Positions 1 through 11,212 of a stretch of DNA of 64,000 nt are shown one piece after another (the stretch's first letter is position 1; each line of letters opens with the position of its first letter). Both the position numbers and the translations under genes were made by a program. The stretch covers positions 84,984 through 148,983 of the forward strand of contig CAVRFW010000012.1 in the NCBI GenBank assembly GCA_963720565.1, in the 5' to 3' direction. The notes under the pieces were generated by a model. It was not told the DNA's origin and made no database searches. It worked only from the letters and a program-made list of their open reading frames with translations. Source of the DNA: Candidatus Bathyarchaeota archaeon (GTDB lineage Archaea > Thermoproteota > Bathyarchaeia > Bathyarchaeales > Bathycorpusculaceae).

Positions 1-848
1 TGCGGCTTTCCCTTGATCACAAATGTCATGAGTACCATGAAACCCATGAGGGTACCCGCCAAGACCGATAATGCTGTGAGTAGGGCGTTACTTGCCGTGT
101 TGTGAAAGACTGAAACGGCAAGAATCCCAGGAAATACAACATCTCCTACTCCCAGGAAATAGGCTTCTCGTGCTTCGCCTTCTTGCAGTTTTTCTTTCAG
201 GCTTCTTGTTTCTTTGAGAAGAGAGTACCCTTTGTTTTTTGGGATGACGAACATTACTGGAAGTTTCCTGTCGATGATGCTGTCAGCAAGGTCTATCATG
301 TGCTTGCTCTTGTACACTGAGAACGCGTCGTACGCAGCCATTGCAATTAACAGTGGAATTACTATCCAGATGTCAAGTGAAATGCCTATCATTGCTGTGG
401 CGCCGACTCCTGTCAGGATGGCAACTGCGTCCACTACATACCATTCAGGTTTCTTAATGAGCAGTAATGTCAGAGCGGCTGAACCGACTATTGACAGACC
501 CAGGGTTAACCACCCGTTTGAGCTGACGAGAGATAGGAGCGGGTAGAACACGTAGAGGCCTAGCACAGCTGTGGCGCCCAGAAAGATCACGCGCAGAAAA
601 TTTGCCTTCTTTAGTTTTATGATAATTAATATTGCTGCCGTGATGACCATTAACATGCCGAAGAAGTACGCTATGTTCCATGGGTCGCTTGGGTTCTCAA
701 ATGCAACTGCACCTGCCGCCTCAAATGGCCCTGCCACCAAGAAAGACAGCAGGAAGATCACGACAAACAAGGCACCCATTGACAAAACGGGTAATACGTC
801 AACGGTTTTTGGCTTATTCATTTTACCTGAAGATTGAGAGTCATCCAT
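1..848 (-). CDS. Presenilin/SPP-family (A22) intramembrane aspartyl protease, 3' end runs off window
   Basis: Manually translated (absent from ORF track): MDDSQSSG... multi-TM, AAYDAFSVYKSKHM (YD) and YFLGVGDVVFPG (GxGD) catalytic motifs. Confidence 0.92.
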   Translation of the reverse strand, partial: MDDSQSSGKMNKPKTVDVLPVLSMGALFVVIFLLSFLVAGPFEAAGAVAFENPSDPWNIAYFFGMLMVITAAILIIIKLKKANFLRVIFLGATAVLGLYVFYPLLSLVSSNGWLTLGLSIVGSAALTLLLIKKPEWYVVDAVAILTGVGATAMIGISLDIWIVIPLLIAMAAYDAFSVYKSKHMIDLADSIIDRKLPVMFVIPKNKGYSLLKETRSLKEKLQEGEAREAYFLGVGDVVFPGILAVSVFHNTASNALLTALSVLAGTLMGFMVLMTFVIKGKP

Positions 849-872
849 TTATTATTATCCCTTCAACAGGGG

Positions 873-1304
873 CTATTCTACTTTAAAGACGAATCTGTAA
901 CGGTCTTTTCCGGCCTTTGACACTTCAACAATTTCAAAAAAGCCTATCTCTCTTGTGTTTTCAACGTGAGGGTCTTTGCAGGGTGTCTTGTCGAAACTTT
1001 CGATTTCCACAATTCTGACATCTCTCACGGAAGACGGAACCCTAGTCAAATCAAAATCTTTCTCAGCATTTTCCCTATCCAAGATGTACTTGTTAACTCG
1101 AAGATTCTTCCGTATCGTCGCGTTGACCTCGTTTTCCAGCGTTTCTCGGTCGATCTTTCGCAAATCCGTTTCAGAGGAAATTTCCATTTGCCCAGCATTC
1201 TCTGCAAACTTCGAGATAACGAATTTTGTGGTTTGAAACTTGCTCTCCAATGTCCTGGCAAGGATGTGTTCGGCAGTTTGAAGTCTGCCTTCGTTTGGCT
1301 TCAT
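873..1304 (-). CDS. AlaX-S-like alanyl-tRNA editing protein (tRNA_SAD domain)
   Basis: QTAEHIL and TPCKDPHVENTREIG motifs; VRIVEIE segment. Confidence 0.8.
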   Translation of the reverse strand: MKPNEGRLQTAEHILARTLESKFQTTKFVISKFAENAGQMEISSETDLRKIDRETLENEVNATIRKNLRVNKYILDRENAEKDFDLTRVPSSVRDVRIVEIESFDKTPCKDPHVENTREIGFFEIVEVSKAGKDRYRFVFKVE

Positions 1305-1389
1305 AATAACCATTCAAAACATATGGCTCTACTTAAGAATCTAGTTGTCTACGCACAGCAACAATGGTCAACAACAAGCGTGAATGCTT

Positions 1390-2016
1390 CTATTTCTTCT
1401 TTCTCTTAAGAGCTACTACCGTTATGACTGCGAAGAATGCTATGCCTATTGCTGCTATGACGTAGAGAACTTCTGGAGGCAAGGATCCAGTGGGTGTTGT
1501 CGTCGGTTCAGGCGATGGAGTAGGCGAAGCTGAAGGCGTAGGCGATTGTGAGGGTGAAGCCGTAGGTGAGGGAGTTGGCGAAATGCTTGGTGTTGGCGTA
1601 GACGTAGGAACAGGTGTTGGTGTAGGTGTGGGTGTTGGAATTATTACCGTGCCAGACCATGTACTATATCCATGAAGATTGCATAAAGCACGTGCTCTAA
1701 CCGAGTATGTATTGCTGTTCGATCCCAGACTATACTGAACGGTGAATGTTTCTGTGCTCTGAGGTTCCTGCGTGAGGTCTGTAGTTGTCCCGTTGATTTC
1801 AAGCTGAACCACTGGTACGTAATGTGAAGCGCCAATCGCAGTCGGAGGTTGATGAGACACAACAATATCCAGCCATATTGTTGATCCGACTTCGTGGGAA
1901 CTAATACTCATAATGCTTGGAACGTTAGCTTTGACCGCTGGCACATGAACGCCACCAAAAACTAAAGCCACGAGCAGTAATGAAACTGTAGCCAAAAACA
2001 ATACTTTATGGTTCAA
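1390..2016 (-). CDS. Secreted/surface protein with Pro-Thr/Ser linker and C-terminal membrane anchor
   Basis: Signal peptide, beta-rich domain with CNLHG, (PT/PS)n linker, TM helix and KRKKK tail. Confidence 0.8.
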   Translation of the reverse strand: MNHKVLFLATVSLLLVALVFGGVHVPAVKANVPSIMSISSHEVGSTIWLDIVVSHQPPTAIGASHYVPVVQLEINGTTTDLTQEPQSTETFTVQYSLGSNSNTYSVRARALCNLHGYSTWSGTVIIPTPTPTPTPVPTSTPTPSISPTPSPTASPSQSPTPSASPTPSPEPTTTPTGSLPPEVLYVIAAIGIAFFAVITVVALKRKKK

Positions 2017-2500
2017 TCTCTACTCTCCAAGAAATTGAAATGGCCTAAGACGGTTATAAGGCTATGTTGTTGCTATGACATAACAACTGTCAGCCGTAAG
2101 GGGAAGCTTATTTTGGCAGGGCTAGTGCGCCTTCTCCAGGGCTCGTGAAGGTCTCTTCAAAAACAGTCGGTTATCCGAAGTTTGCCTGTCTCTTGCAGTA
2201 TGTTTGAGGAAGACCTATCTAAGTCGTGCAACGCTCTCGGGTGAGCAAATAGGAGAGGGAGCGGTTTTTTCTAAAAACAATAGATTTGCCTCTGCGTTCG
2301 CGTGGTAGTTTCTGGCTGCGATAGTTCATATTCTTCTCTTGAAAAGTACTAAGCGAAAAAGGAGTAGAAGAACAACTGCAGAAAAATCGTCGCAAACGCT
2401 TGTTTTCCTTCTTCTATTCTTACATGGTTCCATGGGCAGCAGCCATAGGTTAAGCATATTAGTTCCAAGCGGGGAAGTTATATTATTCGAAGGTGATTTT

Positions 2501-2728
2501 GTGTCTTCAAGGTCTCAACCTAAAGCCAGCATGAGAGTCAGAATGGAAAATGGTGATTTTTTGAATTTGACTGTTTGGGCTGGAAAGAAAGATCCTGAGG
2601 CTGAAGTTATCACGGTGCAAGTTAGGCGTCTAGTGGGGGATCAGTGGGAGACCGTTGGAAAGATAGCTGCTTACCGAACCAAGCAAGGAGACTACTCGCA
2701 GCTGCCAGAACGCAGCCAGTCCACATAA
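2501..2728 (+). CDS. Small hypothetical protein
   Basis: GGTGA site before GTG at 2501; beta-rich 75-aa product. Confidence 0.6.
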   Translation: MSSRSQPKASMRVRMENGDFLNLTVWAGKKDPEAEVITVQVRRLVGDQWETVGKIAAYRTKQGDYSQLPERSQST

Positions 2729-2855
2729 CCGGCTAAGTATGGTTCAGATGAATTGCAGATAATTTCTACTGGTTATGGTCCGGCAGCCCATTACGAGACT
2801 GTGTTGCGATTTTGTTATTTCTTTGCACATCTGCTTGAATCGTGTAAGCCAGAGA

Positions 2856-3996
2856 TTACCGGTTTTCGATTGAAACAAATGGCCTATTGAATTCGCCAAC
2901 GTACTTTGATGCTGGACGCAATAGAACTGCGTCCTCATACTGCTCTATCACATGAGCGACCCAGCCAGATATCCTACTTGAGGCAAAAAACGGGGTGAAA
3001 AACTCCTTAGGCACCCCTAAAGCATCCATGGCAACAGCCGCGTAGAAATCCACGTTAGGATAAATTTTCCTCCTACCGTAAACAATCTCCTCAATCTTGA
3101 TGCATTTATTGTACAAATCCAAAGTCCTGTCACGATGGCTAAGATCTTCCACCATGCCCCTGAGATGTTTCGTTCTAGGATCTTGCGCCCTGTAGACTCG
3201 GTGTCCAAAACCCATAATCTTTTTCTGGTCATCCAAAAGACCGTTGATATACTCTTCCACTTCTTCCTCAAGATTAATGTCATCTAGCATTTCCATGACC
3301 TTCTCGCTGGCGCCACCATGCAAGGGGCCCTTTAGGGTTCCTATTGCAGAAGTCACAGCTGAATACATATCCGAGTTTGTGCTTGCTGTTACGCGAGCTG
3401 CAAAAGTGGAAGCGTTAAATCCGTGGTCAGCATGAAGAGTCATGTAACGATGCAAAACATTTGTCTCACTTTCGTCCGGAATTGCACCTTTAAACATGTA
3501 GAGATAGTTTTCAGAGAAGCCGAACTCACTTTTCGGTTCAGGAACTGTCTTGTTAAGGCGGCTTCTGTGTATGGTAGCAACTATGACGGGCACTTGGGCT
3601 ATCAATCGCGCAGCTCTTCTCAGGTTAGCCGCCTCAGAGAAGTCATTGCCTTCGGGATCATATTCGGCTAGCCGGGAAACTTCGGTTCGCAGTATATGCA
3701 TCGGGTGACAATGTTTAGGAGTGCGTTTTATGCTGTCAACAATTGGATCGGGCAGTTTCATATCGGAAACAAGTTCACTTCTGAAATTGTCAAGCTCTCT
3801 GCTGGGTTGGAAGCCTTTTGTGAACAAGAAGATAAGCAACCTCTGCGTAAGTAACTCGCCCCACTAAATCGTCGATGTTGTAACCTAAATAATAAAGAAA
3901 CCCGTTGAAGTCAACATAGCTTATTCGGGTTTCAGCCGCGGCAACATCTCTTAATCCTCGAACAACGACACGATCAGATTCTTTAATCATGGGCAT
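2856..3996 (-). CDS. Citrate synthase / 2-methylcitrate synthase (frameshift ~3840)
   Basis: GLRDV N-terminus; HADHGFNASTF, GPLHGGA, MGFGHRVY, YPNVDFY motifs. Confidence 0.93.
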
Positions 3997-4288
3997 TCAC
4001 CATCCTTTTCGCTAAGGTTTGCGTGTGCGATTCCGAACTATAACAGAACGGAACTTATGCATATTCCTTTTCGTTCGAGACGGGTTATCCTGGTCAATTA
4101 TGAAGTGAACAGCGCACGAAATCTCGTTTTCGATATTTTTCATATAGAACGTAGGAAAACTCCTTATTTTGAGATTCGCACGCTAATCAACTTTTTGGGA
4201 GGCAAGATATCGTTAGATTCAGCGAGATTTACCTGAACATCCAACATGGTGCTACGTTTGTTGATCTGGAAGTTTATGCTTTTTGGCG

Positions 4289-5384
4289 TTACCAATCCAT
4301 CTCTGCCTGGTAGTAGACTCTTCCGTTGCCGTATTCATAAGTAAAGGCGTAGACTGCACCGTCTTTCCATCGTGCAATGACCTGCGCCCCCTCGTTCATT
4401 GAAGCCAATGCGTAGCAGCCGTAAGCGTCAATGTGATAGACTGTGCTCTGGCTTTCAAGTGAAGTGCCTAAAGGATTGTCCATAACCAAGTTGGCTGTTC
4501 CGCCTGAATTCACAAAACGCAGCGCTGCCGAACCAGTCTTGGATTGAAGAAAGGTTTTGGCCCCCAGTCACATAAGGCCACATATCTTTGCAGTAAGTTG
4601 CGAAATAACATGGAATACCGCTGAGGATGACAACACTGCCACCGCTGTTCAAGTAGTCTCTCACAACTTGATCGTGCTTGGGTTCAACCGCGAACCAAGC
4701 TTCAAAAACTACCAAGTCGTAGCATGACAGGTCCTCTGGAACATCACCCACGCACACAACTGTGAACCCTTGCTGCTCTATGACCTTAACCATAACGTTC
4801 TTTATTTGCCCGAGTTGTCCTTCCCTCCACCAAGGACCCCAATCTGCCCCATCCGATAAGTGGTGCGCAAGGTAATTGTCATACCAGTTGATGTACAGAA
4901 CTGAATTGCCCTCTTCTGCTGCCCATCTTGCTCCTGCGCCAAACAGCGTCAAAGAAGGAGCTAAATCGTCTGCAGGTGAATGTTCCAAGTCTCGAACTAT
5001 GCTAATTTTCACTTCTAATTGGGATGCTGGGGCTGTGCTCGAAACAGAAAGCCACGCGTCAAGGATATTTTCACCTGGCTCGATTGTATAAACATTATTG
5101 CTGAATGCAACGTGTTTTTCCTGATATCCCGTGTCATTCAAACTGAAGCTCAAACAAGCATTGTAGCTAACAGAAGCGCGGTTCTCCACCGTGACGGTAA
5201 ACTCTAATGTTTCACCAGGAAAAAGGGTTAAAACAGTATCAAACGGCAAGACCTCAAGAGGCTCCTTCACCTCCAAATTGATCGTTTCTGACTGCAGAGA
5301 ACTTCCACCTGCAAATTCTAGGCTAGAAATAAAAATCACTGCAGTAAAAAGAAAACCAAAAGATGCTCGTTTATTCATAGACAT
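4289..5384 (-). CDS. Secreted hypothetical protein: Ig-like domain plus class I glutamine-amidotransferase-like domain (frameshift ~4515)
   Basis: Signal peptide; DLSCYDLVVF and DYLNSGGSVVI; C-terminal YGNGRVYY in second frame. Confidence 0.6.
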
Positions 5385-5581
5385 CGATAAATCTGATCTC
5401 AGCAGCTCTAAAAAGCGTTCTTGTAAAGGTTTCTTGACTAAAACCAGATTTTGTCAGTCAAAATTTCTTGACTAAGCACCCCTGAACGCTCGATTGTCAA
5501 TCAATAGGTCTTGGGCACGCATGACTAAACGCTTTCGTAAACGAGAGCGAGATCATATCTTGATGGAGACATTCTAAGCGC

Positions 5582-5945
5582 TCACGTGCTGTTGACTGCT
5601 GCCTTGAAGTTGTAAGATCCAATAGCTGTAATTGTGTATGTTGCACGCGCAATTCCCCCGCGATTAGTTTTCTGGGTCGCAAAATGAGTCCACTCACCGC
5701 CATTGAGTGAATAGAAGAATGCGATGTCTGATTCCGTCTCCGACAGAGTTACCGTTGATTCTGACTCTGGCTGTCAAAGAAACCTCACCGTTTCGGACCG
5801 AGGAAGATAGAGTAATTGTGAACTGCATATCTACGTGCACTACGTTGCTCGTAACCTGGAACATGCCATAAGCAGCCAAGTCGCTTCCCACTACGCAAAG
5901 CAGAAGAACAATGGCTAATAACGTTTTCATAGGCGTTTTTGGCAT
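5582..5945 (-). CDS. Small secreted Ig-like protein (frameshift ~5731)
   Basis: Signal peptide; continues in another frame as DIAFFYSLNGGEWTHFATQKTNRGGIARATYT...NST*. Confidence 0.6.
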
Positions 5946-6146
5946 GTTCTCACTTCGGGTTCTTCTTGCAGCTATTGTTCGTAACGTTAACAGAATTATG
6001 TTAATAACATAAGTGATTTATGAACTATGAATAATCATTGTTTGAAGCGTATGCAGTTTTCGCAAGAATTCTATGGCTTGTTGAATGCAAACTTTGCTGT
6101 CAGGTTTGTTTTGGTTCGAGTTAGGTGTGCGTTTTAGTTTCCAAAG

Positions 6147-6199
6147 TTCGCGCGCTGCTTTGTCCCGAAAATGGTTAAAAATGGTTATAAGTCCGATTT
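6147..6199 (+). repeat. Left inverted repeat, includes TTATAA TATA-like box
   Basis: TTCGCGCGCTG-CTTT-GTCCC-GAAAATGGTTAAAAATGGTTATAAGTCCGATTT. Confidence 0.75.
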
Positions 6200-6217
6200 G
6201 GCTAATTAGAGTCTGAA

Positions 6218-6587
6218 ATGGACTATTTTGAAAGTCGCATATTGGCCGCGCTCAAAGACGGCAAACCCCACACGTTCAGCCAAATCCAAGGACAAGTAAC
6301 CTTCAGCCACAACACCCTCCAACAGCACCTCACCCAACTCGTCGAGAAAGGCCTTGTTCTCAAAGGAGAAACACCCTCAGAAAAGCTTCGGAAGACCCAA
6401 ATACGCCTACCGTGTCCCGTCCAAGACGGCTAAGCAGGTTGCGGGTGCGCTGGAAGATCCTGGTGTGGAGTTGGTGACCATGCCGTTTAGCAGGGTTAGG
6501 CATGTTTGCAGGTTTGAGAAGGGCGGCTGGTGCAAAGAGAAGAAGGCGCAGTGTTCGCCTCAAATCTGCCCCCAAATCCGAAAATAA
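6218..6587 (+). CDS. Winged-helix DNA-binding protein with C-terminal Cys4 motif (frameshift ~6365)
   Basis: FSHNTLQQHLTQLVEKGLV helix, FGRPKYAY wing, CRFEKGGWC...CSPQIC tail. Confidence 0.8.
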
Positions 6588-6630
6588 GACTTATCACCAC
6601 TTTACACCAATAAAGGGACCAGCGCGCGAA
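6582..6630 (-). repeat. Right inverted repeat, overlaps the wHTH stop codon
   Basis: Reverse complement TTCGCGCGCTG-GTCCC-TTTATTGGTGTAAAGTGGTGATAAGTCTTATTT. Confidence 0.75.
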
Positions 6631-6881
6631 AAGCAGTTGCGTAGGTAAAGGTGACTGAGTCGCCAGCTTTTATCCAGATGCCGTTTGAGAGTTGCCGGAG
6701 GGCTTTTGTTTCACCCTGAATTGTTGCTATCGTTCTTGATGTGCCGGGATGTAACGCATTAAGAGTTAGAAAAATCTTTTTCTTGGCAGGATAGATTCAC
6801 AAGGATTGGAACCATCAAGGCACACGCACGTAAGCTTAATCTGATAGAATCGAAATCTCCACTTCTAATCAGGATGACCAA

Positions 6882-8122
6882 ATGACGCTTCAAAGCAGAA
6901 TGGGGAAAGAGTTTTCGTTCATAAAAGGCAACTATGCCATACTGGTTGTAAGCTGGATCCTGATTGATTTCGCCTCAGAAATCCCAGCGACCTACTATGC
7001 CCTGTACGTTCTCAAACTGGGAGCCACTGAGACAATACTTGGAATGATCGGGCTAGGCAGGTTTCCTTGCCTTGGCTTCGATGCAATTTCCAGGGGGATA
7101 TTTGGCAGACAAGTTCGGAAGGAAATGGCTTGTTTCTTCCATGACTTTTGGAGTAGCATTATCCTACACGCTCTACGCTATTGCACCGTCATGGGTTTTC
7201 ATCCTGATCGGGGCGGTTCTGACTAACTTTTTTAACTCGATTTACCAGCCCGCTCTGATGGCGATGATTTCAGATTCTTTGCCTTCTGAGAGACGTGGAA
7301 TGGGTTTTGGCATAATCATGTTAATAACAAGCACTTCTACCACTCCAGGCCCTTGTCGCAGCCCTCCTCTACAACCAGTTCGGAATGGAGTTGGGCATGA
7401 GAATAGCGTACGGCATTGTCGTTACCCTTTTCTTATTGCTTCAGTTCTTCGATTCCGGCTCAAGGAAACCTTCATAGACACGCCTAAGCCCTCTTGGAAA
7501 GAGTTTTTCCGCTCCTATCCCACCTCGTTGAGGGAAAGTGTGAGGGTTTGGAAGAGAGTTCCAAGTTCAATGTTCTACTTGTTTCTGACCCGGAGCGATC
7601 ATGATGTTTGGAGTTGCGGCCGTGCAGATTTATCTAGTGGTTTACGCGGTGAATGTTCTTCTGTAGATGCGACGGTATGGGCATACGTCTTGCTAGCTTT
7701 GCCTATTACAATGATAGTCTTTTCAATTCCTATTGGAAAGTTTGTAGACAAAATAAACAGGAAAATGCCCATATTGGCGTCATACGGCTTCTTCTTCTTC
7801 TCGTTGCTGTTTTTCGTAAGCGGCTGGTCTGTCTCTCTGCTTTTCCTGGCCCTAGTGTTTCTTAGGAGTTGGACTCGTCATGATGAACTCTGGATCTAGC
7901 GCCCTGCAAGCTGACCTGACACCCAAAGAAAGTCGCGGAAAAGTCCAAGGTTTCTCAAGCTTCGTTAACAACATTATGATGGCGCTGGGTGCTGTCACAG
8001 GCGGATTTCTTTATGAACATTTTTCCCCTGCAATACCCTTCTATGTTTCAATGGGACTTGTCATTCCAGCCTTTCTCCTTACGCTGGCATTGGTCCATGA
8101 GCCCAAAGACAGACAAGAGTAG
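6882..8122 (+). CDS. MFS transporter (several frameshifts)
   Basis: GYLADKFGRK motif A, ERRGMGFG, GKFVDKINRK, ESRGKVQG across overlapping ORFs. Confidence 0.88.
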
Positions 8123-8236
8123 ACACACGGAAAAGGATTTTGAAAACACGGGAATCGAAATGTTGGCTATCCCAAGTTTTATTTATATTTATTGCGTCAT
8201 TATGAATGAAGGAGAAAATGGTGTAGCGATCTCAGA

Positions 8237-9844
8237 ATGGATGCAGTCGCTGTTATTTTTGGCACTGTTGGTGGCTTTGCCATCTTCCTCTATTCATTAC
8301 GCACGTTGAGCGCCAGCGTAGAGAAATCCGCTGGCGAGAAAATTAAGCAGTCGCTTGCCAAACTAACAGGCAATCCCTTGAAAGGCTGTTTTGTAGGCGC
8401 TTTTACTGCGACGATGCTGCAAAGCAGTAGCCTAACGATGATTGTTCTTATTGGCCTGATAAATGCGGGCATTTTGACTCTGAAGCAGGGAATAGGAGTC
8501 ATGCTCGGAAGCGAAATTGGCACTACCGTGACTGCGCAGTTAATAGCGTTTAAAATTGGAGTTTTCTTTCTTCCTTTAATTGCAGTCGGATTCTTCTTGT
8601 CATCACTTGGCAAAAAGTGGAAAATACAAAAACATAGGTCAGATGATAATGAGTTTTGGCCTAATCTACTTAGGAATGGACCTAATGACTAGTAGTATTC
8701 AACCTCTTCAAAACGAGCCTGGCCTAAGCGATTTCCTATTTAATTTCGGACAATTTCCACTATACGGACTAATTGCAGGGATAGCTGTCACTGCTATGTT
8801 CCAGAGTAGTGCAGCTTTAGTGGCTTTGGTAATATCCTTGGGCATTAACAACTTAATCACCTTACCCGCGGCTATAGCTATGGTTCTTGGGGCTAACATA
8901 GGCACTTGTGTTGGCGAGTTGTTTGCAGTTATCGGGTCATCACTCGCGTCAAAAAGATTGGCTCTAGCTCAACTCATGATCAATTTGTTCGGAATTTTGT
9001 TATTCTTTCCTTTTATAGGCAACTTTTCGGGATTTCTTGAAACGTTGTCGTCTGATTTACCTAGGCAGATCGCAAATGCCCACACAATTTTCAACGTATC
9101 AGTCTCCGTAATTATGCTGCCATTAACAGGGGCTTTGGTTTCTCTCCTAGGGAGGCTCCTACCAGGAGAAGAATCTCAAATTAAAAGAGGTACCATATTC
9201 ATAGATGAAAAGCTCTTAGCTGCTCCGTCCATTGCTCTGTCTCAAGCTGAAAAAGAAATTCTTAGAATGGGAAAACTAACATGCGAGATGCTGGATAAAG
9301 CAACATCAGCTGTACAAGACAACAAGAAAGAGGCAATTGCAAAAGTGAAAGAGTTGGAAGGGATTGTGGACGAAATCTATCATGCTGTTGACAAATTCTT
9401 AGAGGATAGTCGATTTGCAAACCTGAACGAGAACGAGTTGAAGAAACTAGCTTATCTAAAGCATAGTCTAAATGATATTGAAAGAGTTGGGGATCACGCT
9501 AATAATTTAGCAGAATTGGCAGAGAAGAAAATGAAAAAAACCTTGAAGTTTTCAGCAGATGCCAAAAGCGAGTTGGCCACAATGTTTATGAAAGCAAAGA
9601 CGATTTTCGAAAAAGCTATGGTTGCCCTTGAAGGTCAGGATGAGGAAGCTGTCAAGATGGTTCGGGAACTGGAAGAGGAGATAGATCGTTTACAGAGAGT
9701 TTTTGAGGCAAACCATATTCGAAGACTAGAGAACAAGGTATGTGATCCACTAGGGGAATAATATTTGTCGATATCCTCAGAAACTTGGAACGCGTGGGTG
9801 ATCATTCAACTAATATTGCAAACTCAATTCTACTAGGGTTCTAA
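8237..9844 (+). CDS. Na+/phosphate cotransporter with PhoU domains (frameshifts ~8612, ~9755)
   Basis: Two QSSS/QSSA repeats, GSEIGTT/GANIGT, IANAHTIFN, two ERVGDH PhoU motifs. Confidence 0.92.
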
Positions 9845-9885
9845 TGCGGCATAATCCTGAATGAATGAAAAAAGCGTGCGCTCGG

Positions 9886-11212
9886 TTATTTGGATGTTGT
9901 GATTTGTACGTCTTTCATTAGGATGTATGGTGAAAGTGAGGGCGGATCAGCTTCGACCCACCAGTGAACGTGCTGGCGTTCCCTACTCACTTCTATTACG
10001 TTGTTTAGCATTTTTAGTGCGTTGTCGCTTATTCGTATGTTTTTCAGAGACTGTCTTGATTTCTCCGTTTTCTATCTGGAAGATACCGTCGCGGGGTATC
10101 GTTGAGAAATCGCCTGTGGCATGGTTTTGGAATCTTGTGTACCACGTGTTTGTCAGGTAGAGGCCGTGTTTTACCTCTTTGATGAGTTCTTCTTTGTTCA
10201 TTTCGCCAGGGTCCATTTCGAGGTTCCATGGCGTGGGGGAGACGATGCCAGCGTTGCCTGTGGTTGCGGTCTTGAAGATTTTCGCTGTGGACGTGTTGTG
10301 GAGGTAGGTTTTCAGTACACCTTTTTCGATAATCACGTTTTCGCGGGTAGGTGCTCCCTCGTCGTCGAAGACTCTGTGTGACATTGAGTAGGCACCCGGC
10401 ACATCTATCAAAGTAACGTTTTCAGACGCAACTTTTTGTCTGAGCTTGTCGACGAAGATTGATAGTTGAACCATCACGTAGTAGGCGGAGGCCATGACTC
10501 CCCACATGCCCAGCAATGAACCGAAGAACAATGGGTCGAAAACCACGTCGAATTTTCCTTCCACTCCAGGTTTTGGGTTTTTTGCTTGTCTGGCTATTTC
10601 TCCTGCTTTCTTGCCTGCTCTTGCAGCCTCAAAGCCTTTTAGTGTTGAGCCGCATTCGACTGCGTGGCCTGAGGCTTCTTTTTCGGAGAAGGCTCTGATT
10701 GAAAGTTCGACCGAGGACCTGTGGTCAGTTCCGGCTGGGCCTTCAGATGATACTTGGTAAACGTCTGAAGTGTTTGTGTAGAAGATGCCTCCGCTATTTG
10801 TTTTTGGACCGGCTTCTTTTTTGGCTGCATCGATTGCTTCGAAGACGAGTTCCGCCGGGTTATCCAGGTTGTCTATTGTTTTGTCGGCTTTGTTTTTCGG
10901 GTAGTTGAATTTTCCTCTAGCGAAACCGCCGTGAGCTGGGTTTTCTTTGGAAACTTTGGCCAATTCGAAGAGGCGTTTCAGGGTCGGGTCTACTTTTTGG
11001 AAGTTGGCTATTTGGGTGGCGACGACTCGTTTCTTCCAAGACAAGACCACATCCGTCACGTAGAAGTTCCAGGCCAGCGACGTGTCAATCTGGTTATTGC
11101 TGAATCGTACTTGACGGTTTCGGCTTGCAACTGTTTTAGCTATTACTTCTTCAGCGCCTAACGCTTTGCTTTTTTTGACGATGTTTTCGGTTTTGGATAG
11201 GATTTCGCTCAT
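9886..11212 (-). CDS. tldE: TldE/PmbA family protein (frameshift ~10048)
   Basis: Starts MSEILSK overlapping TldD stop; VRFSNNQI, FDDEGAPT, TGNAG, TGDFSTIPRDG. Confidence 0.88.

Larger units (their letters stand above)
6147..6630. mobile_element. Putative non-autonomous element/cassette: wHTH gene bounded by imperfect inverted repeats
   Basis: 6147-6199 aligns with reverse complement of 6582-6630 (39/49 identical plus a 4-nt gap); no transposase inside. Confidence 0.5.

Noticed and set aside
214..886. Plus-strand ORFs over the first 900 nt
   Set aside because: Antisense shadows of the presenilin-family gene; the same applies to most short antisense ORFs in the track.
1490..1640. Short tandem GGT/GGC-type repeats
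   Set aside because: They encode the Pro-Thr/Ser linker of a surface protein; not an independent repeat or CRISPR.
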